Below, piece by piece: positions 1 through 11,066 of a stretch of DNA of 64,000 nucleotides. Source of the stretch: Candidatus Bathyarchaeota archaeon. Its GTDB lineage: Archaea; Thermoproteota; Bathyarchaeia; Bathyarchaeales; Bathycorpusculaceae. Position 1 is the stretch's first letter. Each line of letters begins with the position of its first letter. Under the pieces are notes generated by a model. It did no database searches, was not told where the DNA came from, and was given only the letters and a program-made list of their open reading frames with translations. The translations under genes were made by a program, and so were the position numbers. The stretch lies in the NCBI GenBank assembly GCA_963717465.1, contig OY970340.1, positions 2,336,001 through 2,400,000 on the forward strand, written 5' to 3'.

Positions 1-1
1 T

Positions 2-469
2 TATAACCATTTTACAGTTTCTGCATGGGTTAGGGCAGACGGTCCATCAGGTAAACCTTGGGATACTGCATACTTATATTCCTTTTATTATGTTCATGTC
101 TTTGTAATGCCGTTTCCGAGTTCTGAATGGGTCGTTGGCTGCTCTTATGCTTTAATACATACCGATGGTAATGTTGAGTTGACCGGCATTTATCAAGTTT
201 ATATTGACGGTTTTCCAGGAACACCAACTAAGGACATATATACTGTTTCAACATCGCTTCGTCCTACAGACTTTCATTATATGACAATAGTAGTAGGTGC
301 TAATGGAAATCGCAATGAGGCACAATTGTGGATTGACGGTGTTTTGTATATAGACAAAACGGATGGTATTTTATCTCCATTAGGCTATATGTACGAAATA
401 GGTATTTCCCGACAGCCCAATACGGCCGGAGCAGACTTTTCAAACATACTTTATGACGGTTATTCGTAA
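2..469 (+). CDS. C-terminal part of a LamG/concanavalin-A-like jelly-roll domain protein (starts before window)
   Basis: Frame is open from base 2 (YNHFTVSAWV...) through the 107..469 ORF. FTVSAWV, FHYMTIV and LWIDG match LamG-type motifs. Confidence 0.6.
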   Translation, partial: YNHFTVSAWVRADGPSGKPWDTAYLYSFYYVHVFVMPFPSSEWVVGCSYALIHTDGNVELTGIYQVYIDGFPGTPTKDIYTVSTSLRPTDFHYMTIVVGANGNRNEAQLWIDGVLYIDKTDGILSPLGYMYEIGISRQPNTAGADFSNILYDGYS

Positions 470-512
470 AGTCTCTCTTTTCTATCTTTTTTATCTTTTT
501 AATTGTAAACAT

Positions 513-898
513 TAGAGGTGTGCATAATTTTAAATCTAGTTAACACCTTCTTGACATTATGGAAGCCTGTGAACTCATCAGGCTTTTCATCAACAAAGCG
601 ATAGTTCCAGCCGAGCCAAAAAGACGAGGAAACCCTGGTTACGGACGGGTTAAAGCATTACGCATCCTAGTCTACTCCCGATTGAAGGGCTTAAACAATG
701 ACACACGACTGGTTCATCACTTAAACAAGCATCCTTATTAGCTAAAACTCTTGGATTTAACACTCTGCCTGACAGAACCACAATCGGAAGATTGTGGAGA
801 CACTACCTAAAACTTTTGCAAAACGTGTTCGTCAAGACAGCAGATATCCTTCAGCTCCTATTCCCACAACCATTGCAATCGTGGACTCAAAGCGTTAA
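513..898 (+). mobile_element. Truncated, frameshifted DDE transposase remnant (IS4/IS5-superfamily-like)
   Basis: ORF 559..741 (PKRRGNPGY...) continues in shifted frames as LAKTLGFNTLPDRTTIGR and TIAIVDS*. This gives the N-terminal PDxxT motif and the first catalytic Asp, then the sequence is lost. Confidence 0.7.
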
Positions 899-1015
899 AT
901 GCAGATATCCTTTGCTTTGAAGTTGATTTGCTACAAATTTTTCTTAAATAATGCTGCTAACCACAAATCTTATATTTGAATCTAACGCAAAAATAAAAAT
1001 CGGAAGGAATAAATT

Positions 1016-2230
1016 TTGGTTGAAAAACAACAAACAGTCGAAAAAACACCAAAAAAAAGGCTGAATCTTGTATTACTATGCATATCAGCATTCTTCTCTC
1101 AAGCAGCCGGATACATGGTATTCGCTTACTTAGGCCCTCAGGCACAAAACATATTCGGTGCTCCAACAGTTGTAGCTACACTGCTTCCCATGTCTTCTTC
1201 TATTGTAGGACTTATCGGATTAATCCCAGTTGGAATTTACGTTGATAGAAGTGGCAGAAGGAAAGAAGCGATTTTGCTTGGCTATGCTATTCTTACAGTA
1301 TTTAACATTCTGATGGCTCTCATGACTAATTGGCCAGAAATGCTAATCTTCCGAACTATCGGCGCAGGCGCACAAACACTCGTCATGTTCCTGTACACGA
1401 TACTTTTCATCTTCCAACTTCCGGAAAAAAGGGGAATGGCAATTGGATTGTACATGGGGTTATCTACCGTAGGCTCAACGATATTTATGATATTCTCCGG
1501 TGCTATCATACAATCTTACGGATATTATGTTATCACTGGATATCAAATGCTCTTTTGGGTTGCAGCTCTTCTCGGCTTGTTGTCAATTGTCTTTCTAGCT
1601 CCGGTAAGAATACCGGTCGTCAAAGCAAGCAACGTAACAACGAAAAGTTTTACATCAGCTATCGCTATACGAGGTGTATGGTATGCTGGGCTAGTGTGGC
1701 TTGTCAGCGGAATTGGATTTCTCGCATTTGAAACAGGAATCCCCATTATATTGCCAAAAGCTCCTTTTAACGCGAGCTCAATCTTCGTCGGCGTGGTATT
1801 TGCAATCGTCGGCTTAGTATCTATGATCGGAATGTTCATCGGAGGCGGATTGACAGACAAGGCAGGACCAAGAAGGATAATGGCAATATCTGGAATTATC
1901 GGCGCAGCAGTATCACTCCTATTTCTTTTTGCCTCGCCATCATACCTCTTGGTGGCCATAGTATTCTGGGTAGTAATATTTTTCATGGGCTTTGGATTTG
2001 CAGCACCAAATACTTCAGCTACAGCAAGTGTAGGACCTGAGCTAGCTGGAACGGCCGTCAACACTGAAACATTGTTTTTTAGCATAGCTGGAATAGTCGG
2101 TGGAATACTTTCGGGTGTATTGCTAGGGATTGGTTTTTCAACGCTAGCCATTGTAGCAGCAGTCGTCCTATTGGTGTCCGGTTTAATGGCCTTCGGAATA
2201 CCACAAATCAAAAAACAGGAAAAACATTGA
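1016..2230 (+). CDS. MFS transporter
   Basis: 404 aa, about 12 hydrophobic segments. Motif-A-like GIYVDRSGRRK and GGLTDKAGPRR. Confidence 0.9.
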   Translation: MVEKQQTVEKTPKKRLNLVLLCISAFFSQAAGYMVFAYLGPQAQNIFGAPTVVATLLPMSSSIVGLIGLIPVGIYVDRSGRRKEAILLGYAILTVFNILMALMTNWPEMLIFRTIGAGAQTLVMFLYTILFIFQLPEKRGMAIGLYMGLSTVGSTIFMIFSGAIIQSYGYYVITGYQMLFWVAALLGLLSIVFLAPVRIPVVKASNVTTKSFTSAIAIRGVWYAGLVWLVSGIGFLAFETGIPIILPKAPFNASSIFVGVVFAIVGLVSMIGMFIGGGLTDKAGPRRIMAISGIIGAAVSLLFLFASPSYLLVAIVFWVVIFFMGFGFAAPNTSATASVGPELAGTAVNTETLFFSIAGIVGGILSGVLLGIGFSTLAIVAAVVLLVSGLMAFGIPQIKKQEKH

Positions 2231-2431
2231 TAAAAATTGGAGAACATCTTTTCAAACTGATTTTCTCCTATCCACATTTTTTTTATCAAAATAAACCGTG
2301 ATTATTCTGAGCGTTCTGGTTCCTTTGATAAACCAAAACCAAAGAAATAAACTTACATTAACACTTCCGGCATATTTACGCTACTGAATTTTTTCTCGAA
2401 TCTGGAAACAAGTAGCGCGCTATTTAATGGT

Positions 2432-2767
2432 TTATTCTGTTGTTACAGAATATTTACAGCCTAACGGAGCGAGAACTTCATCTACCTCAGACAGGAGCTT
2501 CTCATATTCTTCTCGGGTTGGCTCTTTGAACCATTCAAAGAAAAAGTCGAATTTACCCAGCGTCCCTTTTTCTTTACTAATAAGGGTGCCACAGCGTTCC
2601 TTTGGCACATAGGGAAAATAAGCAATAGGATTCGAAGCGGTTACGAGAAATATGTCACTTATACAGACCTTAGGGTTATCAATAGCCGCTTCTTCCAATG
2701 CTTTAATTGCTTTAACCAGAGGTGGACCGTATATTTTGATGCAAGTTTTCAAAATCTTCACCAGCAA
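2432..2767 (-). CDS. Hypothetical protein
   Basis: 111-aa ORF filling an intergenic gap, protein-like composition. Confidence 0.65.
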   Translation of the reverse strand: MLVKILKTCIKIYGPPLVKAIKALEEAAIDNPKVCISDIFLVTASNPIAYFPYVPKERCGTLISKEKGTLGKFDFFFEWFKEPTREEYEKLLSEVDEVLAPLGCKYSVTTE

Positions 2768-2898
2768 AAGGTTAATTTAAAATAGCATTAAGAACATTTA
2801 AGCTTATGCTGTTGCATTAATACGCCCACAAAAGCATTTAAGTTTTAAAAAACAGCTTATTCTTGTTTAGGTAAGATAATCTGCCATCAGGTAATATG

Positions 2899-2960
2899 AT
2901 TGGCGTTGCAGCTCCAGATTTCGTGAAATTGGCGTTGCAGCTCCAGATTTCGTGAAATTG
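2899..2960. repeat. Perfect 29-bp tandem duplication
   Basis: ATTGGCGTTGCAGCTCCAGATTTCGTGAA x2, plus ATTG. Confidence 0.95.
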
Positions 2961-3113
2961 TTTAACCAAATTTCAATTACCGCGCTTCTTTTTTAAAATC
3001 AACTTTTTGCTTCTAGTGCGACAAAACACTTTAGAAAAAGTTGTCAAGTTAAGAGTGTAGTTGTCAGCTTACTATCACAAAGATTAATCTTGTAATTTTC
3101 ATAAATAACTTCG

Positions 3114-3437
3114 GTGAAAGATATGATTAGTGGTGCTCCTGCTGGAGGAGCAGTTGTTTGGAAACCGAATATTGTTGAATTGTCGGATGAAAATGTCGAG
3201 AAATTATGCAATGCGCTTACTCAAATGATTGTTGACGAAATCGACACAACGGAAACTTGGATGAGAATCCAAAAGAAGGTAACAGAGTTTCTAAGAGAAA
3301 ATTGCAACTGCGGTGGAATGCCAAAGACTTCAGTCAATTTAGAAGCAGCAAACATACTTAGAAATATGGAATGGTCCGTCAAAGTCAAAATGCAGAAAAA
3401 GGCCGGCGCCTGCGAATACACAGCTCCACACATGTAA
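3114..3437 (+). CDS. Hypothetical protein
   Basis: 107-aa ORF followed by T-rich terminator-like tracts. Confidence 0.65.
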   Translation: MKDMISGAPAGGAVVWKPNIVELSDENVEKLCNALTQMIVDEIDTTETWMRIQKKVTEFLRENCNCGGMPKTSVNLEAANILRNMEWSVKVKMQKKAGACEYTAPHM

Positions 3438-3751
3438 AACCATATTTTTTGAATCATTCTTCTTTTTTAAGAGAAATTTAAAAATTGCTTTCACTTCATA
3501 AAGGCCTTTTTTTCTTTTTTTATGCTTATACTTTTACGAATTTTTTGAACGAGAACAAAAGAGCTTGCAGGGTTTATTGGAACGCGTTTCCATAAAATTT
3601 GGGTTTGGGAAAACATATCGTAAAGAAAATGGCTTTAGAATTCATGAATTAGTCGTTAGTATTTAAAGTTCAGAAGATTTATTTTCTTTCAATCTATACT
3701 CCAACTCTAATTGTATGTTTCAAATTAAAGAAATGTCGCTGGCGAAGCAGG

Positions 3752-4162
3752 TTGAGCAAGAATCATCATGGAAGAACATTTAATGAAATTTTAGTTAATT
3801 CCATAGATGAATCTTTAACAGTTTTAGGAGAAAATGTGAAAACTTCAATATATATTAATTTAGAACAAGCGTTCAAGATCAGTAGACAAACCATCCCCAA
3901 TGATATCGATAGCTTCTTGAATGCACTTGAGCGAATCTTCGGTTCAGGTGCTAAACACCTTGAATTATTAATCATGGAGAATTTGCATGAGAAAATTAGC
4001 CATGAGCGCACAGATGAAGACCCAAAAGGGTTAACTCCAGACTTGACTTTTCGAAAATACGTAGAGTTGGCTAGGCTTTGCTATGAAGATGCGGAAAAGG
4101 GAAAGACAACAGAATTGGAAGTCACATTAAATGATGGACAAAAGAAATATTGCTGCGAATAA
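3752..4162 (+). CDS. DUF3227/NitrOD5-like small archaeal protein coupled to a sensor kinase
   Basis: IDESLTVLGE...F.NALERIFGSGAKHLE pattern; overlaps the start of the PAS kinase. Confidence 0.7.
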   Translation: MSKNHHGRTFNEILVNSIDESLTVLGENVKTSIYINLEQAFKISRQTIPNDIDSFLNALERIFGSGAKHLELLIMENLHEKISHERTDEDPKGLTPDLTFRKYVELARLCYEDAEKGKTTELEVTLNDGQKKYCCE

Positions 4163-5751
4163 CAAAAAAATCGAGAGGGAACTGAAAGAAGCAGGAGAAC
4201 TCTATCGTGCGTTGTTTCAAGAAGCGCCGTTAGGCGTCTTACTGGTTGATCCAGAAACAACGGCCATTGTTGAGTTCAATGATATAGCCCATAGCCAACT
4301 AGGCTATTCAAGAGAGGAGTTCTCAAAATTAACAATTTCACAGATAGAAGTAGAAGAAACTGGGGAGGAGAATAATTCACATTTTGGCAGAATAATGACG
4401 GATGGAATAGCTGAGTTTGAAACTAAGATGCGCACAAAAAACGGCGAAGTGAGAAATGTCTTAATAACGGTTAAAAAAATTGAATTGTTAGGAAGAGAAT
4501 TTGTACAATGCATAATTCACGACATACCTGAGATAAGGAAAATACAGGATGCACTATTGAAAAGCGAGATAAAACTAAGCCAATTAGTTGACCTTTCCCA
4601 AGAAGGCTTTTGGGTTCTAGATAAAGAGTATAACACGACTTTTGTTAATCCGAGGTTGGTTCAAATTTTTGGTTATTCAGAAAGCGAGATGATGGGGAAA
4701 AGCCTTTTTGAATTCTTAAAGCAGATACACATAGTCCGTGCAAAAGAATTTTCAACAGAAAACGCAAAGGGTATTAATGGTTATTTTGAATGTAAATTTT
4801 CGAGAAAAGATGGATCAATAATTTATACGATAATGACGCTATCTCAGATTAAAGATTCACGAGGACGATATTCAGGAACTCTTGCCTTAGTATCTGATAT
4901 AACAGACCGCAAACTCATGGAGGATCAGCTTGAGAAGTATTCTAAAGGTCTTGAAGACCTAGTGAAGCAAAGAACAACACAATTGGCAGAAACGCAAGCT
5001 CAACTTGTTAAATCTGAAAGACTTGCGGCAATTGGTGAACTAGGCAGGAATGATAGGCCATGATCTTCGCAACCCATTGACGGGAATCAAAGGTGCCATC
5101 TATTACTTAAGCAGAAACGGCGCCACAATACCGGGCAAAGAAAAGCAAGCTATAGAAATGTTTCAAACAATTGACAAATGCATTGGGCACTCCAATAAAA
5201 TCATTTCAGATCTGCTAGATTATTCCAGAGAGATACATTTAGATAGGCAAGAAAGATCACTTCGAAAAGTTTTCGATGAAAGCTTAGCTATGATAAATGT
5301 ACCAAAGAAAATAGAGATTCTAAATTATCTTCCAGAGGAACTCATTTTAAGCATAGATTGTGATAAAATTAAGAGAGTTTTTACGAATCTCATCAAAAAT
5401 GCTGTTGACGCCATGCCAAGTGGAGGCAAATTAACGGTTAGCAGCAAAGTTAACGCTGATAACGCGCAAGTTTCTTTTGCTGACACAGGCACAGGCATTC
5501 CAAAAGAAATACAGCCTAAGCTCTTCTTGCCGCTCTTTACGACTAAGGCTCAGGGCATGGGTTTCGGCTTGGCTTTGTGCAAACGACTTGTTGATGCGCA
5601 TGAGGGCAGAATTGATGTAGAGACTGCGGAAGGCAAAGGAACAACATTCATTATCACGTTACCTTTAAAGCCCAAAACTGAATCTGATGACAAAAATATT
5701 CAGGTAAATCTGCCAGACCCATTAATTTTAGAGTATAGCGGAAAAGGCTAA
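4131..5751 (+). pseudogene. PAS-PAS sensor histidine kinase split by a +1 frameshift (or sequencing error)
   Basis: Two PAS domains, then GAA CTA G GCA GGA ATG. Removing one G at 5043-5044 restores ERLAAIGELAGMIGHDLRNPL. N, G1, F and G2 boxes are intact in 5050..5751. Confidence 0.85.
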
Positions 5752-5878
5752 ATCAACTCATTCAAGTACAGCTGTTTGCAAAAAAGGAACATGCTTGTCT
5801 TAAATATAGCAAGTTGTAACTTGACAGATAGGGGAAGGATTGTTTTCGTTAACAATAATCAGAAAGAAATTTGCTTTT

Positions 5879-6097
5879 TCACGGCTCATAAATAATTAGC
5901 GAAGAATCTTCTTTCTGGGCAGCCAAAGCATTCTCTTTAACTATTTTTTCAATGCAAGAATAGATATTGCTATCATTATTAATTTTTATTTGCCAATCGT
6001 GTGGACGATTGCCTGCATTTGACAAGAGCGTAATAGATTTGCAATAACCTGCGTTCAAAATTTGGCGTATTACTTCTAAAGCTTGCTCTCTTCGCAT
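5879..6097 (-). CDS. Small protein, member 1 of a three-copy paralog family
   Basis: MRREQALEVIRQIL...WQIKI...IIYEP; similar to 26902..27210 and 35518..35757. Confidence 0.75.
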   Translation of the reverse strand: MRREQALEVIRQILNAGYCKSITLLSNAGNRPHDWQIKINNDSNIYSCIEKIVKENALAAQKEDSSLIIYEP

Positions 6098-6298
6098 GGT
6101 TTTTTACCTATTAACTTACTCATTTATCCTTAAGATCAAATATTACGGAAGTGCAAATGCGTCTGACTTACCAAGCGGTTAAGTTAACGGTTTAGCGATA
6201 GCAGGTGTTTCTTTATCGGTACCTGGTCACTACTTCATTAACACGAAAACGTTGCAGGGTTGTTCGTGCAGCATGTGAAACAAGAGATAATCAAATAA

Positions 6299-6469
6299 TC
6301 ATTCTGAACGTATCATAAACAAAGGTTCAGACGTTTGCTTCCTCATAATAGCCTTGACTTGTTCTCGATATACAGACATGCTTTTTTTGGATTTATCATC
6401 AGTTTCTAGAAGGACAAGATGCAACTCATTATACAATGAAAGAGCTTTTACTACCTCTATTTTACTCAC
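6299..6469 (-). CDS. Small hypothetical protein (56 aa)
   Basis: GTG start after purine-rich GGGAAGGA; MSKIEVVKALSLYNELHLVLLETDDK...; below the ORF-track cutoff. Confidence 0.4.
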   Translation of the reverse strand: MSKIEVVKALSLYNELHLVLLETDDKSKKSMSVYREQVKAIMRKQTSEPLFMIRSE

Positions 6470-6702
6470 TTTATATCCTTCCCCGATTGTTATAGACGCA
6501 CGCTTCTTCGATTAATAATTCGGAACACATGCGTTAAATTGAGTAAACAACTATGATAATATAAGCCTTCTTTTTTCCAGCACTTACACAGACCTTTAGC
6601 AAGAGAGAGGAGAACTAAAAAATCAATCAATCCAACCAAAATTTCAATTTAATTCTTGGATAAATCAAGGCTAAGTTTAACGTTATAATGGGGAACGCTG
6701 GC

Positions 6703-7848
6703 TTAAAAAATCTTATTTAACGAGGGTATTCTGCGGAAGACAAAATGCGCTGTTGCAAAGCACAGAGGAATGCAAATGACACAGAGCATTAACCATTGAA
6801 CAATTGGGTATAAAGCAAACGGGCTAAGCAGCATGGCGACTCCGACGATGATCAGTGTATGAGACATGTAAACGGCAAACGAGTTAGCAGAGAGCGTTTT
6901 AACTAATTTGTTTTGGCGGTTGAATTTCTCTCTGAAGACGCCGATCAGTCCAATGCTCATGGCAACTGCTATAAAGGATTCCCATACGGAATACGCGCCA
7001 CTCTGCCAGGTCAGCCCTCCGATAAGGGCAACTGTAGTTCCGTTTGCATTAGTTACACTTAACAGCAATAACCAAGTAAGGAAGCCCAAAGCTATGGCAC
7101 TGATAAGCCATCTTTTTCCTGTTTGATAGCTAATCTTTGCGAATAGGTTATTTCGGTAAGCCATTATGCCTATGATGAAAAGGACAATGTATGATGCAAA
7201 ATAGCAGAATTGAAAGTTAAGGATGCTCGTTCCAATCGGTTGCACAAGCCTGATTGAAAAAGCCAAGACGGCAATAATTAGGATAAGACTGATCAACTTA
7301 AGAGATGTTGGCTCGAACTTTATTTTGCGCGACGAAAGAGAAGCAACTATTGATTTAGGGATAATTAGACGCACTAACCCATAAATCGTGCAAAAGGCAA
7401 AAAGCGCTACTGCAAACCACATTTGTCCAGTGCTTGAAAGAAAGCTTATAACGCTAAAGCTAGTCCAGTTGTAGCCGAGCTCTACAAACTCAATAAGAGT
7501 CAACGCCACCATGAAGATCAGTGTTGGAATTATCAAGCGTTTGAATCTGTCCCCGATAAAATGAACAAAACCTTTTCGGTCATAGCTTGCTGCGACGAAA
7601 TAGCCGGATATCATGAACAATAATCCCATGAAGTATGCTTGCTGGAATGATAGGTATAATGGGAACCAAATGTTGGCTAACGCGCTGAAATTCACGCTTC
7701 CGATGAAGTATTGACTGCCGAAACCGCTGATAAGTGCTGCTAGATGATGCATGATAACAAATATAATTATTGTCAGTTTTAGATTATCAATGTAAAGTAG
7801 TCTTCCCTTTGTGTTCTGCACTTCATTATGGATTAAGGTCGATGCCAA
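6703..7848 (-). CDS. Acyltransferase 3 family (OpgC/MdoC-like) membrane protein
   Basis: RLLYIDNLK, FMGLLFMISGYF, DRFKRLIIP and S.NSFAVY motifs; multi-TM. Confidence 0.85.
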   Translation of the reverse strand: MASTLIHNEVQNTKGRLLYIDNLKLTIIIFVIMHHLAALISGFGSQYFIGSVNFSALANIWFPLYLSFQQAYFMGLLFMISGYFVAASYDRKGFVHFIGDRFKRLIIPTLIFMVALTLIEFVELGYNWTSFSVISFLSSTGQMWFAVALFAFCTIYGLVRLIIPKSIVASLSSRKIKFEPTSLKLISLILIIAVLAFSIRLVQPIGTSILNFQFCYFASYIVLFIIGIMAYRNNLFAKISYQTGKRWLISAIALGFLTWLLLLSVTNANGTTVALIGGLTWQSGAYSVWESFIAVAMSIGLIGVFREKFNRQNKLVKTLSANSFAVYMSHTLIIVGVAMLLSPFALYPIVQWLMLCVICIPLCFATAHFVFRRIPSLNKIF

Positions 7849-8086
7849 ATTGTGACCTTCTTCGTTCTTTGTGAATGTTGTCTCTTTCTCAAATCGCGCA
7901 TTTTTTTTGCAGTTATATCCTTTAAAAATTTGTATTTAATTCGTTTAATTACTATTTGTGCGTCATTGAATTTACAAAAACTAAAATAGTTATCGGCGTA
8001 TGATATTTGAATTCTTTGGGCATGTAGAAGTCTTCAGAAAATCTGAAGGCGAGTTGCAGCTAAAATTAACACACTATTTTAAAGTT

Positions 8087-8795
8087 TTAAAGTGCAGCAA
8101 TTAGGACAGCAAGTACGCCGCTTAGGAAAACGCCGTCAAAAGTGCCTGCTCCGCCTATACTTGCCATTGGTGCGCCAAGTTGAGAAATTCTGCCAAGGTT
8201 TAACAAGTCAGCACCAATCAGTGTTCCAAGAACCCCTGAAATGTATGCCACTGTTACGGGTGAACTTGGAGAGAGCAAAAAAGCCATGATGGCTGCGGCT
8301 ATTGGCGGGATGAATGCTGGCATAACTATGCCCACACCCTTTACAGGTCTGGCCAGCAGGCGACTTATTAATGCAACAATAAAGACGCCAATAAGACTGA
8401 AAAGTATTATCGGAATCGGAGATTTTAAAAGGAGATAAATTGATACGGCTACCGGTATTAAGGCGCCGCCAACATTTATTGCTATTACTGTTGATGGGCG
8501 ACTGTATTCGACACGAGGAATTCGATATGTTATGCCGAAGAAGGAAACAAATTCTTCTTTTACCATTGGCACATTTTGTTCTCATTTTAAACAATGGAAT
8601 GTTTATAAAGCTACCAAGCAAGGTGCCAACCAAGATTAAGGCGATCATTAACGGACTAAAGCCAACATCAGAAAATGCAAGGGATAAAACTCCAAAGAAA
8701 ATTAAGCCTATAACAGCAAGTAGAATAACAATTAAAACAGCGAAAAAGGCATAATTGTGCGGACAGTAAATTGGCTTAATATTTGAATCGCTCAT
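8087..8795 (-). pseudogene. DUF1614 membrane protein with a single frameshift (or sequencing error)
   Basis: LLGSFINIP, then IAINVGGALIP, GTLIGADLLNL and SIGGAGTFDGVF. Removing one A of the run at 8574-8577 joins the two frames. Confidence 0.85.
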
Positions 8796-8972
8796 ATCGG
8801 GTTCATTGACCGTCAATATTACACTAAACTTTATTTGCATTTCTTTTTAAAAAAACAATTTATGCAAATTCATTCAAGACTAATGAAAAAAATGGATTCA
8901 TGTGGCTGTATTTTCTTGGTTGGGAATGTCGTTCGCTTTTTTTGTTTAAGGAATCCATCATCCTATATCTGA

Positions 8973-9179
8973 TCAATTTAGGGCGGTTTTAAACGGAGAA
9001 TTGTCTGTTGTTTTTCCGCTGTTTCCTTTCTTGAATTCATTGTTTCTAGCGGCTAGGCTTAAAGCTATGCAAACATTTGATAACGCTATGCCGATGGCAA
9101 AGACAACGTTGAATGCGGTAGCGGAAGGGACTTCTGTGACAACAAAGGCTTTTCCATTTGCGTACTCTAAGGTCTGCAT
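8973..9179 (-). CDS. Small hypothetical protein with one hydrophobic segment
   Basis: ATG preceded by AGGTG; lies 12 nt downstream of the Zn-finger gene. Confidence 0.4.
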   Translation of the reverse strand: MQTLEYANGKAFVVTEVPSATAFNVVFAIGIALSNVCIALSLAARNNEFKKGNSGKTTDNSPFKTALN

Positions 9180-9191
9180 ACACCTGAAGAA

Positions 9192-9365
9192 TTAGCTGAA
9201 GGTTCTGCCACACATTGGGCATTCAGTAGGCAATTTATTTTGCATGCTCATCAGCCTTACGTGGCATAGAAAACAAAAGTAAATATTGCATTTAGGACAG
9301 CAGCTAAACCCTCCCCCGAGGGGTTTACCGCAAGCATCACAGGGACGAGCTAAAAGGTCAACCAT
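9192..9365 (-). CDS. 57-aa all-Cys RING-like zinc-finger protein
   Basis: MVDLLARPCDACGKPLGGGFSCCPKCNIYFCFLCHVRLMSMQNKLPTECPMCGRTFS has four CxxC pairs; missed by the ORF track. Confidence 0.85.
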   Translation of the reverse strand: MVDLLARPCDACGKPLGGGFSCCPKCNIYFCFLCHVRLMSMQNKLPTECPMCGRTFS

Positions 9366-9530
9366 AACCAAGAAAATCGCTGTGATAATTTAAGAAGAAT
9401 GAGCTGAAACTAATCTTGGAAGCCTTGGAGACTACTGTGAAAATGTTTGACTATGTTTTCGAAGCCAAATTTAGACACAGAGATGGCCAACTATGTCCCA
9501 AAAAAATAATTCTTTCTTGAAATGGCTTTT

Positions 9531-10877
9531 TTAATTCTCCGATATGGGAAGCAGTATTGTGAATTTGGTTCCTTTTCCAACTTCACTCTCGAAAGTAATA
9601 CTTCCATTTAACGATTCAACTAGGCGTTTTGCGACAGCTAACCCGAATCCGTGTCCCTTAGCTTTAGTTGTTTTTAATGGTTTGAAAATGTGTGGCTTAA
9701 TCTCCTCGGGAATTCCTTTACCGGTATCACTGACAAAAATTTGGATGGCTCTCTCTATTCTTGAACATGATAGCTCCAGTTTGCCGCCTTCAGGCATAGC
9801 CTGCACTGCATTATTGATTAAGTTAGTTAAGACTCGCCTGATAAAGGTGCTGTCAGTCCTGAATACAGCGTTTTCTTCGATGGATTTTGAAAGTTCAATG
9901 TTTTCGGGAATTGGAATAGTCAGGAGAATGTCTTTTATTAGTTCTGCTAATCGAACTTCGTTGTATTCAGGAGTTAAGGGTCTTGAATATTCCTGCATGT
10001 CGGATACTATTTTGCTTATATAATCGATTTGTTTTTGAACTGTATCTATCATTGTCATTGCTTCATTTTTTTCGTCGTTTGATAATAAGGCATCGTTAGC
10101 AAGTTCTTTAGCAATGAATAATTCATTAATAATGGCTTGCAAAGGATTTCGTATGTCATGTCCTATCATTCCAGCGGTTTCTCCGAGAGCAGCTAAACGT
10201 TCAGAGCTTTCTAATCGCTTAGCCTCATCTTTCAAAGCGCTCTCTAACTCAAAATTGACCTGTTGCAGATCTTTTCTGTGCTGCTGAAGAAGTGTAATAG
10301 ATTTCATTGTGTGACCATAAATTTGAGTGTAGACTATAACTACAAACGCTGCAAGTGCACTTATTAAAACCAAAATGTAAATGGTAAAAGCGTTGAGCAA
10401 TGCAGTAGATTCATTATTAATCATTAAAGACAAATTTGAAGAATCAGTTTCTATTTGCCGGATCTCTGGAGATATTTGGTTCCAAAAAATGTTAATCAAA
10501 GTCTGATTATCTGAATTTAATACCAAGTAACCTCGGGTAGTCATATTTTGTTTCAATTCAATCAAAGAGTTTAATGTTTGTCGAACAAGCAATCCTTCGG
10601 TTGAAGAGTAGATACTTATCAGGGACAAGTTACCGTATATTGCGTCATACGAAGAATTCCATTGTGAAATAGCACCAGTCTGTGAATCAATTAGAAAAAC
10701 GTCTGAATAATAATTTAAATCATCCATTCTCTTTGTTACATTATTCATTAATGTTCTCTGTGAGTCGAAATTATTGTACTCTTGCTCAGAAGAAATCGCT
10801 AAAATTGCGGTAGGAACTATGAGGAACAAGAAAGTGACTGCAATTATTAGAAACCGTTTCTTTGTTTCCAGAAGCAC
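9531..10877 (-). CDS. Membrane-bound sensor histidine kinase
   Basis: Two TM segments, H-box GHDIRNPL, N-box NLINNAVQAM, DTGKGI, GHGFGL. Confidence 0.92.
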   Translation of the reverse strand: MLLETKKRFLIIAVTFLFLIVPTAILAISSEQEYNNFDSQRTLMNNVTKRMDDLNYYSDVFLIDSQTGAISQWNSSYDAIYGNLSLISIYSSTEGLLVRQTLNSLIELKQNMTTRGYLVLNSDNQTLINIFWNQISPEIRQIETDSSNLSLMINNESTALLNAFTIYILVLISALAAFVVIVYTQIYGHTMKSITLLQQHRKDLQQVNFELESALKDEAKRLESSERLAALGETAGMIGHDIRNPLQAIINELFIAKELANDALLSNDEKNEAMTMIDTVQKQIDYISKIVSDMQEYSRPLTPEYNEVRLAELIKDILLTIPIPENIELSKSIEENAVFRTDSTFIRRVLTNLINNAVQAMPEGGKLELSCSRIERAIQIFVSDTGKGIPEEIKPHIFKPLKTTKAKGHGFGLAVAKRLVESLNGSITFESEVGKGTKFTILLPISEN

Positions 10878-11066
10878 GATCTCCCTTTAGTAAAAAATAT
10901 TGTTAATAATACGAGAAATTCTTCCAATTATTAATCAGTAAAATTAATTACTTAAACATAATGGATGACAAATGGTTCACAAATTGCATATGGCAACCGT
11001 GGGCTTTCTTTATTGAAAGTTTTTGAAAAAATGTAGATCCAAGAAGCACTTGGCTAATTTATAAGC

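Noticed and set aside
1543..2289. 248-aa antisense ORF and similar shadow ORFs (for example 9544..10023, 23230..23652, 45383..45865, 63395..63877)
   Set aside because: They overlap well-supported genes on the opposite strand and show no motifs.
2899..2960. Possible mini-CRISPR array
   Set aside because: The copies are directly adjacent with no spacer, and there are no cas genes in the window.
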